DNA of 64,000 bases from Candidatus Woesearchaeota archaeon. GTDB taxonomy: Archaea; Nanobdellota; Nanobdellia; Pacearchaeales; GW2011-AR1. Each line of letters begins with the position of its first letter. Within the stretch, counting starts at the first letter, position 1. The notes beneath the pieces were generated by a model. The model was not told where the DNA came from. It worked only from the letters and a program-made list of their open reading frames with translations, and did no database searches. The stretch lies in contig CAYPLY010000001.1 of NCBI GenBank assembly GCA_964412025.1, positions 4,797 to 68,796 on the forward strand, given 5' to 3'. The position numbers and the translations under genes are program-made. Shown here in pieces: positions 51,270-60,470 of the stretch.

Positions 51270-53018
51270 TTACTCAAGTATTGCCTTAATTCTTCTTACT
51301 CCACTAGATGAGGATTCTTCTTTTGTTATCTTGAATTTTCCAAGTTCACAGGTGTTTTTTACATGGGGTCCAGTACATATTTCTTTAGAACATTCTCCTA
51401 TAGCGTAAACAGATACAATTTCTCCATACTTATGCTCAAATACTCCAGATATCCCTCTTTTTTTTGCTTCATCCAGGGTCATTTCCTCTCTTATAACCTC
51501 ACATCCTTTTTGTATGTTTAAATTTACTTCTTTTTCTATCTCTTTTATTTCTTCATCAGTTAATTTTCTTGGAAAATTGAAATCAAATCTCAATCTTTCA
51601 GCATTTATATTAGAGCCCTTTTGGTGTATTGAATTATCATTGAGTATTTTTCTTATTGCTGCTAAAAGCAGGTGAGATGCGGTATGTAAGCGAGTTGTTT
51701 CTCTGCTATTATCTGCAAGTCCAGATTTGAATTTTCCTTCTGCAGCAGTTCTTGATAGTTCTTGATGTACTTTACATTCTTCATCAAATTCTTTTCTTGA
51801 GAATCTTATTTTTCTTGTTTTACATTCTTCTTCAATCATTTCTACAGGGAAACCATATGATTGGTACAAAAGGAAGGAATCTTTGCAGGAAATTTCTTTT
51901 TTATCTCTGGTTATTTTATCAAAAATGTTTATCCCTCTTTCAAGAGTTTGTCTGAACTTATTTTCTTCTCTCTCTAGTTCTGTTATTATATTATTTCTCC
52001 TCTTTTTTAGTTCAGGATAATCCGGATATATCTCTATGAGAGTATCTACAAATTTTGAACTGAAATTTTCCTTTATTCCAATTGATTGACCATATCTTAC
52101 TGCTCTTCTTATTAGTCTTCTTAGAATATATCCTTGTTCTGTGTTACCAGGTACAACTCCATCGGATATTATAAATATAGCTGCCTTAAGGTGGTCTGCT
52201 ATTACCCTCATCTCTCTTTTGTTTTTATTATAATCTTTTTTGGACATTTTTTCAATCTCTTTTATGATTGGAAAAAATGATTCTGTTAGATAGTTATCTT
52301 TTAAATTATTTAAAACTGCAATTGTTCTTTCAACCCCTCCTCCATAATCTATATTTCTTTGTTTTGCAGGTATAAATTTACCTTCTTCATTTTTTGTGAA
52401 CTCCATTAAAACATTATTTCCTATCTCTACCCAATTATTATCATGAGGATTAAATTTTTCTGGGGCTTTATTTTTCCCTGACCAGTAAAATATCTCTGTA
52501 TCAGGACCACAAGGTCCCGTTTTACCTGCAGGTCCCCACCAGTTATCTTGTATTTTTGCTATTCTTTCTTTTTTTATTCCCAGAGATTTCCAGACTTCTA
52601 TTGCTGTTTTGTCTTCATTTATATTTTGTTTTTTATCTCCTGAAAAGACTGATACTGCTAGATTTTCTTTTGGTATCTCTAGTATCCTTGTCAGAAATTC
52701 ATATGTAAACTTTATTGCTTCTTCTTTCCAGTAATCTCCTAAGCTCCAATTTCCCATCATTTCAAAAAAAGTATGATGTATTTCATCTCCTACTTCTTCA
52801 ATATCTCCTGTTCTTATGCATTTTTGAATACTCACAAGTCTTTTTCCAAGAGGATGTGATTGTCCTAGAAGAAAAGGAACTAGAGGATGCATACCTGCTG
52901 TAGTAAATAATACTGTTGGGTCATTTTCTGGAATTAAGGAAGAGTTTGGAACCTCTTTATGGTTTTTTGATTTAAAAAATTCTACATACTTTTTAATCAG
53001 TTCTTTTCTATATATCAT
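51270..53018 (-). CDS. alaS: Alanyl-tRNA synthetase (catalytic + editing domains, no C-Ala)
   Basis: LFTTAGM, HHTFFEMMGNWS, GPCGPDTEI, HTASHLL, EICTGPHV, ends GVRRIKAILE. Confidence 0.96.
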   Translation of the reverse strand: MIYRKELIKKYVEFFKSKNHKEVPNSSLIPENDPTVLFTTAGMHPLVPFLLGQSHPLGKRLVSIQKCIRTGDIEEVGDEIHHTFFEMMGNWSLGDYWKEEAIKFTYEFLTRILEIPKENLAVSVFSGDKKQNINEDKTAIEVWKSLGIKKERIAKIQDNWWGPAGKTGPCGPDTEIFYWSGKNKAPEKFNPHDNNWVEIGNNVLMEFTKNEEGKFIPAKQRNIDYGGGVERTIAVLNNLKDNYLTESFFPIIKEIEKMSKKDYNKNKREMRVIADHLKAAIFIISDGVVPGNTEQGYILRRLIRRAVRYGQSIGIKENFSSKFVDTLIEIYPDYPELKKRRNNIITELEREENKFRQTLERGINIFDKITRDKKEISCKDSFLLYQSYGFPVEMIEEECKTRKIRFSRKEFDEECKVHQELSRTAAEGKFKSGLADNSRETTRLHTASHLLLAAIRKILNDNSIHQKGSNINAERLRFDFNFPRKLTDEEIKEIEKEVNLNIQKGCEVIREEMTLDEAKKRGISGVFEHKYGEIVSVYAIGECSKEICTGPHVKNTCELGKFKITKEESSSSGVRRIKAILE

Positions 53019-53055
53019 ACTATGCAGAGAAGTAGTTTACTTTTAAAAATATTGT

Positions 53056-53439
53056 TTATCCAAGTTTTCTAAGTTTTTCTTGAATCTCTCTTAGTTGTCT
53101 TTCTAAATCATCTTCATCAGGAGATTGTTTTATCCTTGTTGGTATTTTTATAGGTTCTTCTTCTATCTCTTTTTTTTCAGTATCATTTTTCTTTTTTAAT
53201 ATATCTGGTAATTTTATTTTTGGAAGAATGTTGTTTATTTTTGTTAAATTAATTTTAAGGTCTCTTATCTTATTTTGCATTCTTAATTTATTTGTTAATT
53301 CTTCTCTTCTCAATAATTCGTATCTTTTTATTATCTTAAGAATCCTTAAAAAATCCCTTTCTGCTGAAAGCACATCTTTTTTTGATTGAATCGCTTCGTT
53401 ATAATTCACCTTTATGTGGAAAATACTTTCTTCTTTCAT
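53056..53439 (-). CDS. Hypothetical coiled-coil protein
   Basis: Helical; ends DDLERQLREIQEKLRKLG; its start overlaps the upstream gene's stop. Confidence 0.7.
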   Translation of the reverse strand: MKEESIFHIKVNYNEAIQSKKDVLSAERDFLRILKIIKRYELLRREELTNKLRMQNKIRDLKINLTKINNILPKIKLPDILKKKNDTEKKEIEEEPIKIPTRIKQSPDEDDLERQLREIQEKLRKLG

Positions 53440-54191
53440 TCTACTCTTGAGAAGATTTCATTATCTACTTTTTCTATCTCATTTTTTATTTTTTGTATTT
53501 CCTTTTCCCAAGAAATAAGCTCTTGTTCTTCTTTGGCTTTTATCTCCTTTGTATCTTTAATGAGACTTTCTATTTCTGATATCTGGGATTTTATAGTATG
53601 AAATATTTTCATACTTTCTTCGAACTTATCTATTCTTATGAATACTGGTTCTGCTTTCTTAGTCATATAATTTCTTACTGCGAACTCTTGAGTTATCTCT
53701 TTTGTCTTTACAGGCTTTGGAGGAGGCAATCTTTTTACTTCTTCCTCTTCTTCTTCCTCAACTATTATCTCTTCTCCATCTTCTTCCTCTGCAAATGATT
53801 TCTGTGGAACTCCATTCTCATCATAATTTTGTGTAAATGTTTTTTTTACAGTTTTAGCTTGTGGTCTGTCCTGGTAGTTCTCATATTCTTGGCTGAAAGA
53901 TCTTTTCAGAGGTTTTTGCATCATTCCGTGTTGTTCAGGGAAGTCCTCTGCATCAAAAACCTCTTTCTCCTCTTTTTTCCCAGCTACAGCTTCTTTAATA
54001 GTATTTTGAGAAAATTTGTTTCCCAATTGATTATTTGGAAATGTTGGTAATTGAGGAAGAGTATTCTCTTCGTGAGAAACATTATGCATTGCAGGCAACT
54101 CTGGAAGCTTAGGAAGCTCTGGTAATTCTGGAGCACTCATTAGACTTCTCTTCATCTCCTCTTTTTTATCTTTTTTGTTGAATAAACCCAT
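53436..54191 (-). CDS. Hypothetical protein, Pro/Glu-rich linker and C-terminal coiled coil
   Basis: MGLFNKK N-terminus, LPELPKLPELP, PVFIRID followed by coiled coil. Confidence 0.75.
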   Translation of the reverse strand: MGLFNKKDKKEEMKRSLMSAPELPELPKLPELPAMHNVSHEENTLPQLPTFPNNQLGNKFSQNTIKEAVAGKKEEKEVFDAEDFPEQHGMMQKPLKRSFSQEYENYQDRPQAKTVKKTFTQNYDENGVPQKSFAEEEDGEEIIVEEEEEEEVKRLPPPKPVKTKEITQEFAVRNYMTKKAEPVFIRIDKFEESMKIFHTIKSQISEIESLIKDTKEIKAKEEQELISWEKEIQKIKNEIEKVDNEIFSRVE

Positions 54192-54314
54192 TTTTAGTTT
54201 GTTCTTGATATACTCTTTTTGATATATATAAGAGATAATATAGGTTTAAAAACTTTTATCTTTCTTTATTTTTTAAACAGAAAACTATTTAATGGGATTG
54301 TTTTTATTATTTCA

Positions 54315-55085
54315 ATGCTGAAAAATTTTTTAAATGAGGTGATATCCATTGTTGTTGGGAAACCTGCAGATTCAATTGTTAATCTTCTCGAGGGAGATAA
54401 ATATGTTAATGAATTTATAATTGCTAAGAAACTAGATTTGACTATAAATCAGGCTAGAAATATTTTATACAAAATATCCGATAATGGTCTCGTTTCCTCT
54501 ATAAGAAAAAAGGATAAAAAGAAAGGATGGTATACTTATTTTTGGAAGATTGAAGTTTTGAAATCTTTGGAATTCTTAAGAGAACTTGTATTAAAGAATC
54601 TCACACAGATGAAAAACCAGATAAAAAGCAGAGAAACAAAGAGATTTTATGTTTGTGAGAGATGTAATATAGAATTTAATGAGGAGAATGCGATGCTTCA
54701 TGATTTTACTTGTAATGAGTGTGGAGAGGTTTTTTCAGTTAAGGATAATGAAAAGGTTCTTAAGGAATTTAAGAAAAATGAGGAAAAGCTCGAGAATAAA
54801 TTGAAGATGATTGATGAACAGATAGAGATAGAGAAAGCTAAATTAGAAAAGATAAAGATGAAAGAGATTAAGAAAATTCAAAATGAAAAGATAAAACAGA
54901 GAGAAGAGACTAGGAGATTACAGAAGGAAGCAAGAGAGAGAGAAAAAGGTAAAAAGGTACCGGTTAAGAATAAAAAAGATATTAAGAAAGTTGTTAAAAA
55001 ATCTGGTTTGAAAAAAAATTTAGATAAGAAATCCAAGAAAGTATCTGTAAAAGATAAAAGTAAGAAAGCTTCCAAGAAGAAATAA
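54315..55085 (+). CDS. tfe: Transcription factor E (TFIIE-alpha) with Lys-rich tail
   Basis: EFIIAKKL..INQARNILYK, KKGWYTYFW, CERC...CNECG; start reset to ATG 54315. Confidence 0.9.
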   Translation: MLKNFLNEVISIVVGKPADSIVNLLEGDKYVNEFIIAKKLDLTINQARNILYKISDNGLVSSIRKKDKKKGWYTYFWKIEVLKSLEFLRELVLKNLTQMKNQIKSRETKRFYVCERCNIEFNEENAMLHDFTCNECGEVFSVKDNEKVLKEFKKNEEKLENKLKMIDEQIEIEKAKLEKIKMKEIKKIQNEKIKQREETRRLQKEAREREKGKKVPVKNKKDIKKVVKKSGLKKNLDKKSKKVSVKDKSKKASKKK

Positions 55086-55102
55086 ACTTAATTTTGTTTA
55101 AA

Positions 55103-55954
55103 ATGACGTATGTTTATCAAGTTCATCCGAATAGAAAAAGGAGTATTTTTGATTCTTTAAGTTTGAACACTATTTTGATTATTTTAAATGTAGCCTTTTT
55201 TATTATATTCACTATCCTGATGAAATTGGGGTATTTATCTGTTGATTTTGTTGCTATAAAACCCTCAAATATTGTTGAAGGAAAATATCTTTGGACATTT
55301 TTGACCAGCATGTTTATGCACGCAGGTTTTTTTCATCTTTTTGTAAATATGTTTTCGCTTTTTTTTATTGGGTCTATTGTTGAAAAAATTGTTGGACGTA
55401 AAAGATATCTTTGGTTTTACCTTTTATCGGGAGTATTTGCTGGATTATTTTATGTTCTATTTGCTTACTTTTTAGGGGGAAGTGCGATAGGTGGAAGGAT
55501 TTTTGGAGGGCCGGACACTCTTGCTTTAGGAGCTAGTGGTGCAATCTTTGGTTTGGCAGGTTTATTAACCGTTATGATCCCCCACAAGAAAGTTTATTTA
55601 ATTGTAGGCCCTATGATCGCGATAGTCCTACAGGCAATATTTAATCATGTTTCTCCTTTATCTTCTTTTACAGGAATTATAGACTTTTTAGTGACTGTAT
55701 ACATCTTCGTAGCAATATTTTCAATGTTATCTTTTAATGAAAGGTCTAGACGAATAAGCGTTCCTATAGAAATGTCTTTCTGGTTGCTTCCCGTAATTGC
55801 AATAGTTCCTCTTGTAATAATTGGGCTATTTGTTGAACTACCAATAGGAAACACTGCACATCTTGGGGGTTTAGTTGCTGGTCTTATATATGGGGCTTTT
55901 TTGAGAAGCAAGTATAAAAATAAAACAATGTATATTCGGAAGCATTTTAGTTAG
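55103..55954 (+). CDS. Rhomboid intramembrane serine protease
   Basis: TSMFMHAGFFHLFVNM, GASGAIFG, AHLGG. Confidence 0.93.
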   Translation: MTYVYQVHPNRKRSIFDSLSLNTILIILNVAFFIIFTILMKLGYLSVDFVAIKPSNIVEGKYLWTFLTSMFMHAGFFHLFVNMFSLFFIGSIVEKIVGRKRYLWFYLLSGVFAGLFYVLFAYFLGGSAIGGRIFGGPDTLALGASGAIFGLAGLLTVMIPHKKVYLIVGPMIAIVLQAIFNHVSPLSSFTGIIDFLVTVYIFVAIFSMLSFNERSRRISVPIEMSFWLLPVIAIVPLVIIGLFVELPIGNTAHLGGLVAGLIYGAFLRSKYKNKTMYIRKHFS

Positions 55955-55984
55955 ATTTATATATAATTCTTGGATATTTTAATT

Positions 55985-56611
55985 ATGAAACGGGTGAAAA
56001 AAGGAAAGAGAAGTTATGAGAAGAATGTAAATGAGGAAAATTTTTTCAAAGAAAATTATTTAAGGAGTTGGAGATATATCAAACAATCAAAGAAATTTAT
56101 ATTTGCCATAGCAATTCTTTTTTTCTTTTTTTCTTTTATAGGTTTTGTTTTTCAACCTTCTGATTTAGTTAACCTTATATTGGAATACATTCAGGAGATA
56201 TTAACAAAAACCGAATCTATGTCTTCTTCTGAGATGATTTTGTTTATCTTTTTTAATAATCTCAGAATAGCATTTATGGGGATAATTTACGGTTTTGCAT
56301 TTGGGTTATTTCCTGTTTTATCTATAATAGTTAATGGATATGTTGTTGGATATGTCTCTTCTTCTGCCGTTTCTTCCTCAGGAGTTGCTTCTTTGTTGAG
56401 TCTTCTTCCTCATGGAATATTTGAGTTGCCGGCAATTTTTATTTCATTTGGCTTGGGATTAAAATTTGGAACTTTTTTATTGTATAAAGAAAAGATGAAA
56501 AAGTTCAAAGAGTTTTTTACAAATTCTTTAAGAGTATTTGTATTTGTAGTTATTCCTCTTTTGGCGGTTGCAGCTATAATAGAGGGGGGTTTAATTTTTC
56601 TTTTTAATTAA
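55985..56611 (+). CDS. SpoIIM-like membrane protein
   Basis: IFFNN, NGYVVG, LPHGIFELPA, AAIIEG. Confidence 0.88.
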   Translation: MKRVKKGKRSYEKNVNEENFFKENYLRSWRYIKQSKKFIFAIAILFFFFSFIGFVFQPSDLVNLILEYIQEILTKTESMSSSEMILFIFFNNLRIAFMGIIYGFAFGLFPVLSIIVNGYVVGYVSSSAVSSSGVASLLSLLPHGIFELPAIFISFGLGLKFGTFLLYKEKMKKFKEFFTNSLRVFVFVVIPLLAVAAIIEGGLIFLFN

Positions 56612-56620
56612 GTTTGATAC

Positions 56621-56812
56621 TTATCCTTTTATCTCACTTATTCCAAGAATTATAAGAATCAACCCTATTAGTGCAACAATCCAAGTTAATGCTCCTTTTA
56701 GGACAATCCAGGCAGCAAGTCCCCAAGAACCTAAGGGCATTCCCGGAAATACTAGTGCTATAACTCCTACAAGAAGAATCACTCCTAGAATTAACTCTAA
56801 CCATTTGTTCAT
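56621..56812 (-). CDS. Small membrane protein
   Basis: 63 aa, two TM segments, TATA-like box upstream. Confidence 0.65.
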   Translation of the reverse strand: MNKWLELILGVILLVGVIALVFPGMPLGSWGLAAWIVLKGALTWIVALIGLILIILGISEIKG

Positions 56813-56895
56813 TGTAGATTTATAGAGTATATTTTGTTTAAAAAGATTTTGATAGTCAAAGATAGATTTTTAAGTAGATTTAATTAATTTATTTA

Positions 56896-57900
56896 ATGAA
56901 AAAGTTAAAAATGTCTGGGAATAACTCGGCTGTAGAGAATATTCTAAAAAAATCTGGAAAAGTGAATGGAGAGGTTATTGAGGGTTATGAATTTAATAAT
57001 GGAGTTGATTATGAAAAAATAATTGATAGCTTTGGCTCAACCGGTTTTCAGGCTTCAAATCTTAGCCAGGCAATAGGTATTGTTAATGAGATGATTAAGG
57101 TTAAATCTAAAATTTATATAGGTTATACCTCAAATATGGTTAGTTCAGGTTTAAGAGAAGTAATAAGATATTTAGTTGAGCATAAAAAAGTGGATGTTTG
57201 TGTTACAAGCGGGGGAGGTTTTGAAGAAGATATAATTAAATGCTTAGGAGATACTGTTTTGGGGGATTTCAGGCTTCCGGGAAAAGAACTTAGAGAGAAG
57301 GCAATAAACAGAATAGGGAATTTACTTGTCCCAAATAATAATTATATCTCTTTTGAGGAGTTTTCAATGCCTATCCTTGAAGAAATTTATAATGAACAAA
57401 AGACAACTGGAAAGGTTTATACTCCTTATGAGATAATCTGGAAATTTGGAGAAAAAATAAACAATGAAAAGAGCATTTGTTATTGGGCATGGAAGAACAA
57501 AATACCTATATATTGCCCGGCAATTCTTGATGGGAGTTTTGGGGATATGGTTTATTTCTTTAAATATAAACATGAGGATTTTAAGGTAGATATTGCTGAA
57601 GAAACAAGGATGTTAAACGAATCCACTACCGGACTAAAAAAATCAGGAGTTTTGATTCTTGGGGCCGGAATTGTTAAACATGCCATATTAAATGCTCATC
57701 TTTATAGGAATGGGGCAGATTATGCCGTTTATATAAACAATGCTCAGGAATTTGATGGAAGTGATGCAGGGGCTCTTCCAGAAGAGGCAGTATCTTGGGG
57801 AAAGTTAACTCCCGAATCAAAAAGAGTTAAGGTTTATGGAGACGCAACAATCTTATTTCCATTGTTGGTTGCAAAGACATTTGCAAAAAACTCTATATAA
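56896..57900 (+). CDS. dys: Deoxyhypusine synthase
   Basis: GFQAS, YTSNMVSSGLRE, EEDIIKC, NRIGN, DGSDAGALPEEAVSWGK, DAT. Confidence 0.96.
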   Translation: MKKLKMSGNNSAVENILKKSGKVNGEVIEGYEFNNGVDYEKIIDSFGSTGFQASNLSQAIGIVNEMIKVKSKIYIGYTSNMVSSGLREVIRYLVEHKKVDVCVTSGGGFEEDIIKCLGDTVLGDFRLPGKELREKAINRIGNLLVPNNNYISFEEFSMPILEEIYNEQKTTGKVYTPYEIIWKFGEKINNEKSICYWAWKNKIPIYCPAILDGSFGDMVYFFKYKHEDFKVDIAEETRMLNESTTGLKKSGVLILGAGIVKHAILNAHLYRNGADYAVYINNAQEFDGSDAGALPEEAVSWGKLTPESKRVKVYGDATILFPLLVAKTFAKNSI

Positions 57901-57933
57901 AAGTTTATATATATCTTCTTAATACATTTTTTT

Positions 57934-59025
57934 ATGGACGAAAATGAAGAAATAGGTGATTTGTTCGTTCCCCATAATGAACAAGAGAAGATAATCATTG
58001 AAAAAGATTTTATGGATGTTCTTAAGATGGTTGCACCCGGAACATCTATACGTGTTGCAATGGATGATTTGCTTAATGCAGGGATGGGAGCATTGATAGT
58101 TATTGATAATGGGAATTTGTCTTCCGCGTATCAAAAGGGTTTTTCAATTCATTCTAAGTTTAGCCCTCAAAAACTTGTTGAACTTGCTAAGATGGATGGG
58201 GCGATTATTCTTTCAGGAAATGTTAAAAAGATATTGTATGCGAACTCTTTTCTTTCTCCCAATTCCGAGATAAATACTCGTGAAACAGGGACAAGACATA
58301 AATCTGCAGAAAGGACAGCAAAACAGACAGGAGCGATAGTCATTGCAATCTCTGAGAGAAAAAAGAAAATTACAATTTATCAGGGAGATAAAAGGCATGA
58401 ACTTAAGGAAAGTTCAGAGATATTGAGGAGAGCTGCAGAAACTTTACAGATTTTGGAGAAACAAAAAGAGAGTTTCAATGAAGCTATAACTCACCTTAAC
58501 CTTATGGAATTACAAAGAATAGTTACTGTTAAAGATGTTTGTGGAGTTATACAGAGATTTGAGATAATAAAAAGAATCTCAGAGATTGTTAAAAGGTATT
58601 TGATTGAGCTTGGAAGGGAAGGAGCAATAGTTAGTATGAGTTTAAAGGATTTAATAAGGGGGTTAGATAAAGAGGAAGAATTGCTTCTTAGAGATTATTT
58701 TGGATCCAATTCTGCTTATGCTGAGAAAGTTCTTGAGAAGATGGATTTTGATTTTCTTTTAGAACCTCTTAATATATCAAGGATGCTTTTTGAAGAGTTG
58801 CACGATAAACAAATATCTCCTAAGGGATTAAGGATATTAAGCAAGACGAATATTCTAGAGAGATATATTAGTTCTTTGATAGCACATTTTCAATTTTTAG
58901 ATAAGATTCTTCTTGCTAATGATGAAGAATTGCTTAGAGTATTTCAAAACGAGGGAATGCTAGCATTTTTTAAGGAAGAAATATATAGTCTTAGAGAGAA
59001 ACTTGTTGTTGGAAAGTCGATATAA
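57934..59025 (+). CDS. disA: DisA-type diadenylate cyclase
   Basis: APGT..R, ELAKMDGAIIL, ETGTRHKSAER, DisA linker region and degenerate C-terminal HhH. Confidence 0.88.
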   Translation: MDENEEIGDLFVPHNEQEKIIIEKDFMDVLKMVAPGTSIRVAMDDLLNAGMGALIVIDNGNLSSAYQKGFSIHSKFSPQKLVELAKMDGAIILSGNVKKILYANSFLSPNSEINTRETGTRHKSAERTAKQTGAIVIAISERKKKITIYQGDKRHELKESSEILRRAAETLQILEKQKESFNEAITHLNLMELQRIVTVKDVCGVIQRFEIIKRISEIVKRYLIELGREGAIVSMSLKDLIRGLDKEEELLLRDYFGSNSAYAEKVLEKMDFDFLLEPLNISRMLFEELHDKQISPKGLRILSKTNILERYISSLIAHFQFLDKILLANDEELLRVFQNEGMLAFFKEEIYSLREKLVVGKSI

Positions 59026-59026
59026 A

Positions 59027-60067
59027 ATGTTAACGGAAAAACAGATAGAAGAGATAAAAAATCATCTTGATAAGGCTCAAAATCCAGTTTTCTTTTTTGA
59101 TAATGATCAGGATGGACTTTGTAGTTTTTTGTTGTTGCAAAAGTATCTGGGCAGGGGTAAGGGTTTTCCAATTAAAACCTCTCCAGCTTTGACTAAAGAT
59201 TATCTTAGAAAAGTTGAGGAGTTTAATGCAGATTATATATTCATATTAGATAAGCCAGAAGTTTCTGGAGAATTTATATCTGAAATTGAGAAAGTTAATA
59301 TACCTATAGTTTGGATTGATCATCATACTACAGATAGGGATAAGATATCTAAATATGTGAATTATTACAACCCATTATTTAACAAGGATAAGAGTAATGA
59401 ACCTGTAACTTATCTTTGTCAAAAGATAACAAATAAAAAAGAAAATTTGTGGATTGCGGTTGTTGGATGCATATCCGATAATCTAGTCCCAGATTTTTAT
59501 CAAGATTTTATGAAAAACTATCCTGATTTATGTAAGGACAAGAAAGATGCGTTTGAGATATTTTATGGTTCGGATATTGGAAAGATTGCAAGAATTATTG
59601 GTTTTGGATTAAAAGACAAAATAAGCAATGTTATTAGCATGGTTAAATTTCTAATATCGTGCAATAGTCCTTATGATTTTTTGGAAGAGAACAATAAAAA
59701 TAAATCAATACATAAGAGGTTTCAGGAGGTTGATAAAAAATATCAAAAGATTTTGAATAAAGCTAAAAGAATTTCAACATCCAAAAAACTTTTATTTTTC
59801 AAATATGAGGGGGATACAAGTATGAGCTCAGATATTGCAAATGGTTTAAAATATCTTTTTCCAGATAAATTTATTGTTGTTGTTTATACAAAGGGCTATA
59901 AGGCGAATGTTTCTGCAAGAGGAGAGGACATTAAAACGATTATTTTGTCTGCAATAGAAGGTCTTGAGGGTTCAACAGGAGGAGGACATGAAAATGCTGT
60001 TGGTGCCCAAATTAATAAAGAGGATGTCGGAGAGTTTGAGAAGAGAGTTAGAAGGTTAATTTTGTAA
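59027..60067 (+). CDS. DHH/DHHA1 family phosphoesterase
   Basis: DNDQDG, IDHH, GGGHENAVG; ATG 2 nt after the disA stop. Confidence 0.9.
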   Translation: MLTEKQIEEIKNHLDKAQNPVFFFDNDQDGLCSFLLLQKYLGRGKGFPIKTSPALTKDYLRKVEEFNADYIFILDKPEVSGEFISEIEKVNIPIVWIDHHTTDRDKISKYVNYYNPLFNKDKSNEPVTYLCQKITNKKENLWIAVVGCISDNLVPDFYQDFMKNYPDLCKDKKDAFEIFYGSDIGKIARIIGFGLKDKISNVISMVKFLISCNSPYDFLEENNKNKSIHKRFQEVDKKYQKILNKAKRISTSKKLLFFKYEGDTSMSSDIANGLKYLFPDKFIVVVYTKGYKANVSARGEDIKTIILSAIEGLEGSTGGGHENAVGAQINKEDVGEFEKRVRRLIL

Positions 60068-60117
60068 TTTATTGTTGCATATAAATATTTATAAACTTGT
60101 TTCTCTTAAAATGTTTA

Positions 60118-60281
60118 TGAAGGATGGACTGAACAGAATAAATTGGATGATTGTTGATGGGTGTTCTTGTTTAGTCTACACTTTCAATATTAAACTAAAC
60201 TCAATTTAATTCAGCTTTCAAATCTGGGTTGAGTTGAGGCAGGAATTCTATCTAGATTTGTAAGGGAGATCGAATTAAATT
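60118..60281 (+). ncRNA. Candidate structured RNA / long structured leader
   Basis: TTTATAAA at 60088-60095; TGGACTGAACA/TGTTTAGTCTA stem with G-U pairs; second rod AATTTAATTC/GAATTAAATT and CAAATCT/AGATTTG. Confidence 0.45.
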
Positions 60282-60299
60282 ATTTTTGTTTCCGTTAAG

Positions 60300-60419
60300 A
60301 TGGAAAAAGAAAAGCTAAAGATGGAAAAAAAGACAGTTGAGCAGGAGTTAAGCAAGTTAATAGCCTTTACTATACAGCTTGAAGATGAACTTAACAATTG
60401 CATAAAATGTGAACAATGA
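60300..60419 (+). CDS. Possible 39-aa coiled-coil peptide
   Basis: MEKEKLKMEKKTVEQELSKLIAFTIQLEDELNNCIKCEQ*; followed by TAGAGG/CCTCTA hairpin at 60429-60447. Confidence 0.35.
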   Translation: MEKEKLKMEKKTVEQELSKLIAFTIQLEDELNNCIKCEQ

Positions 60420-60470
60420 TATATTTTTTAGAGGTTAATATCCTCTAGTTGTTACTATGCTTTTTATTAG

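Noticed and set aside
60118..60281. SRP RNA, RNase P RNA or c-di-AMP riboswitch
   Set aside because: Their conserved sequence motifs are not recognisable.
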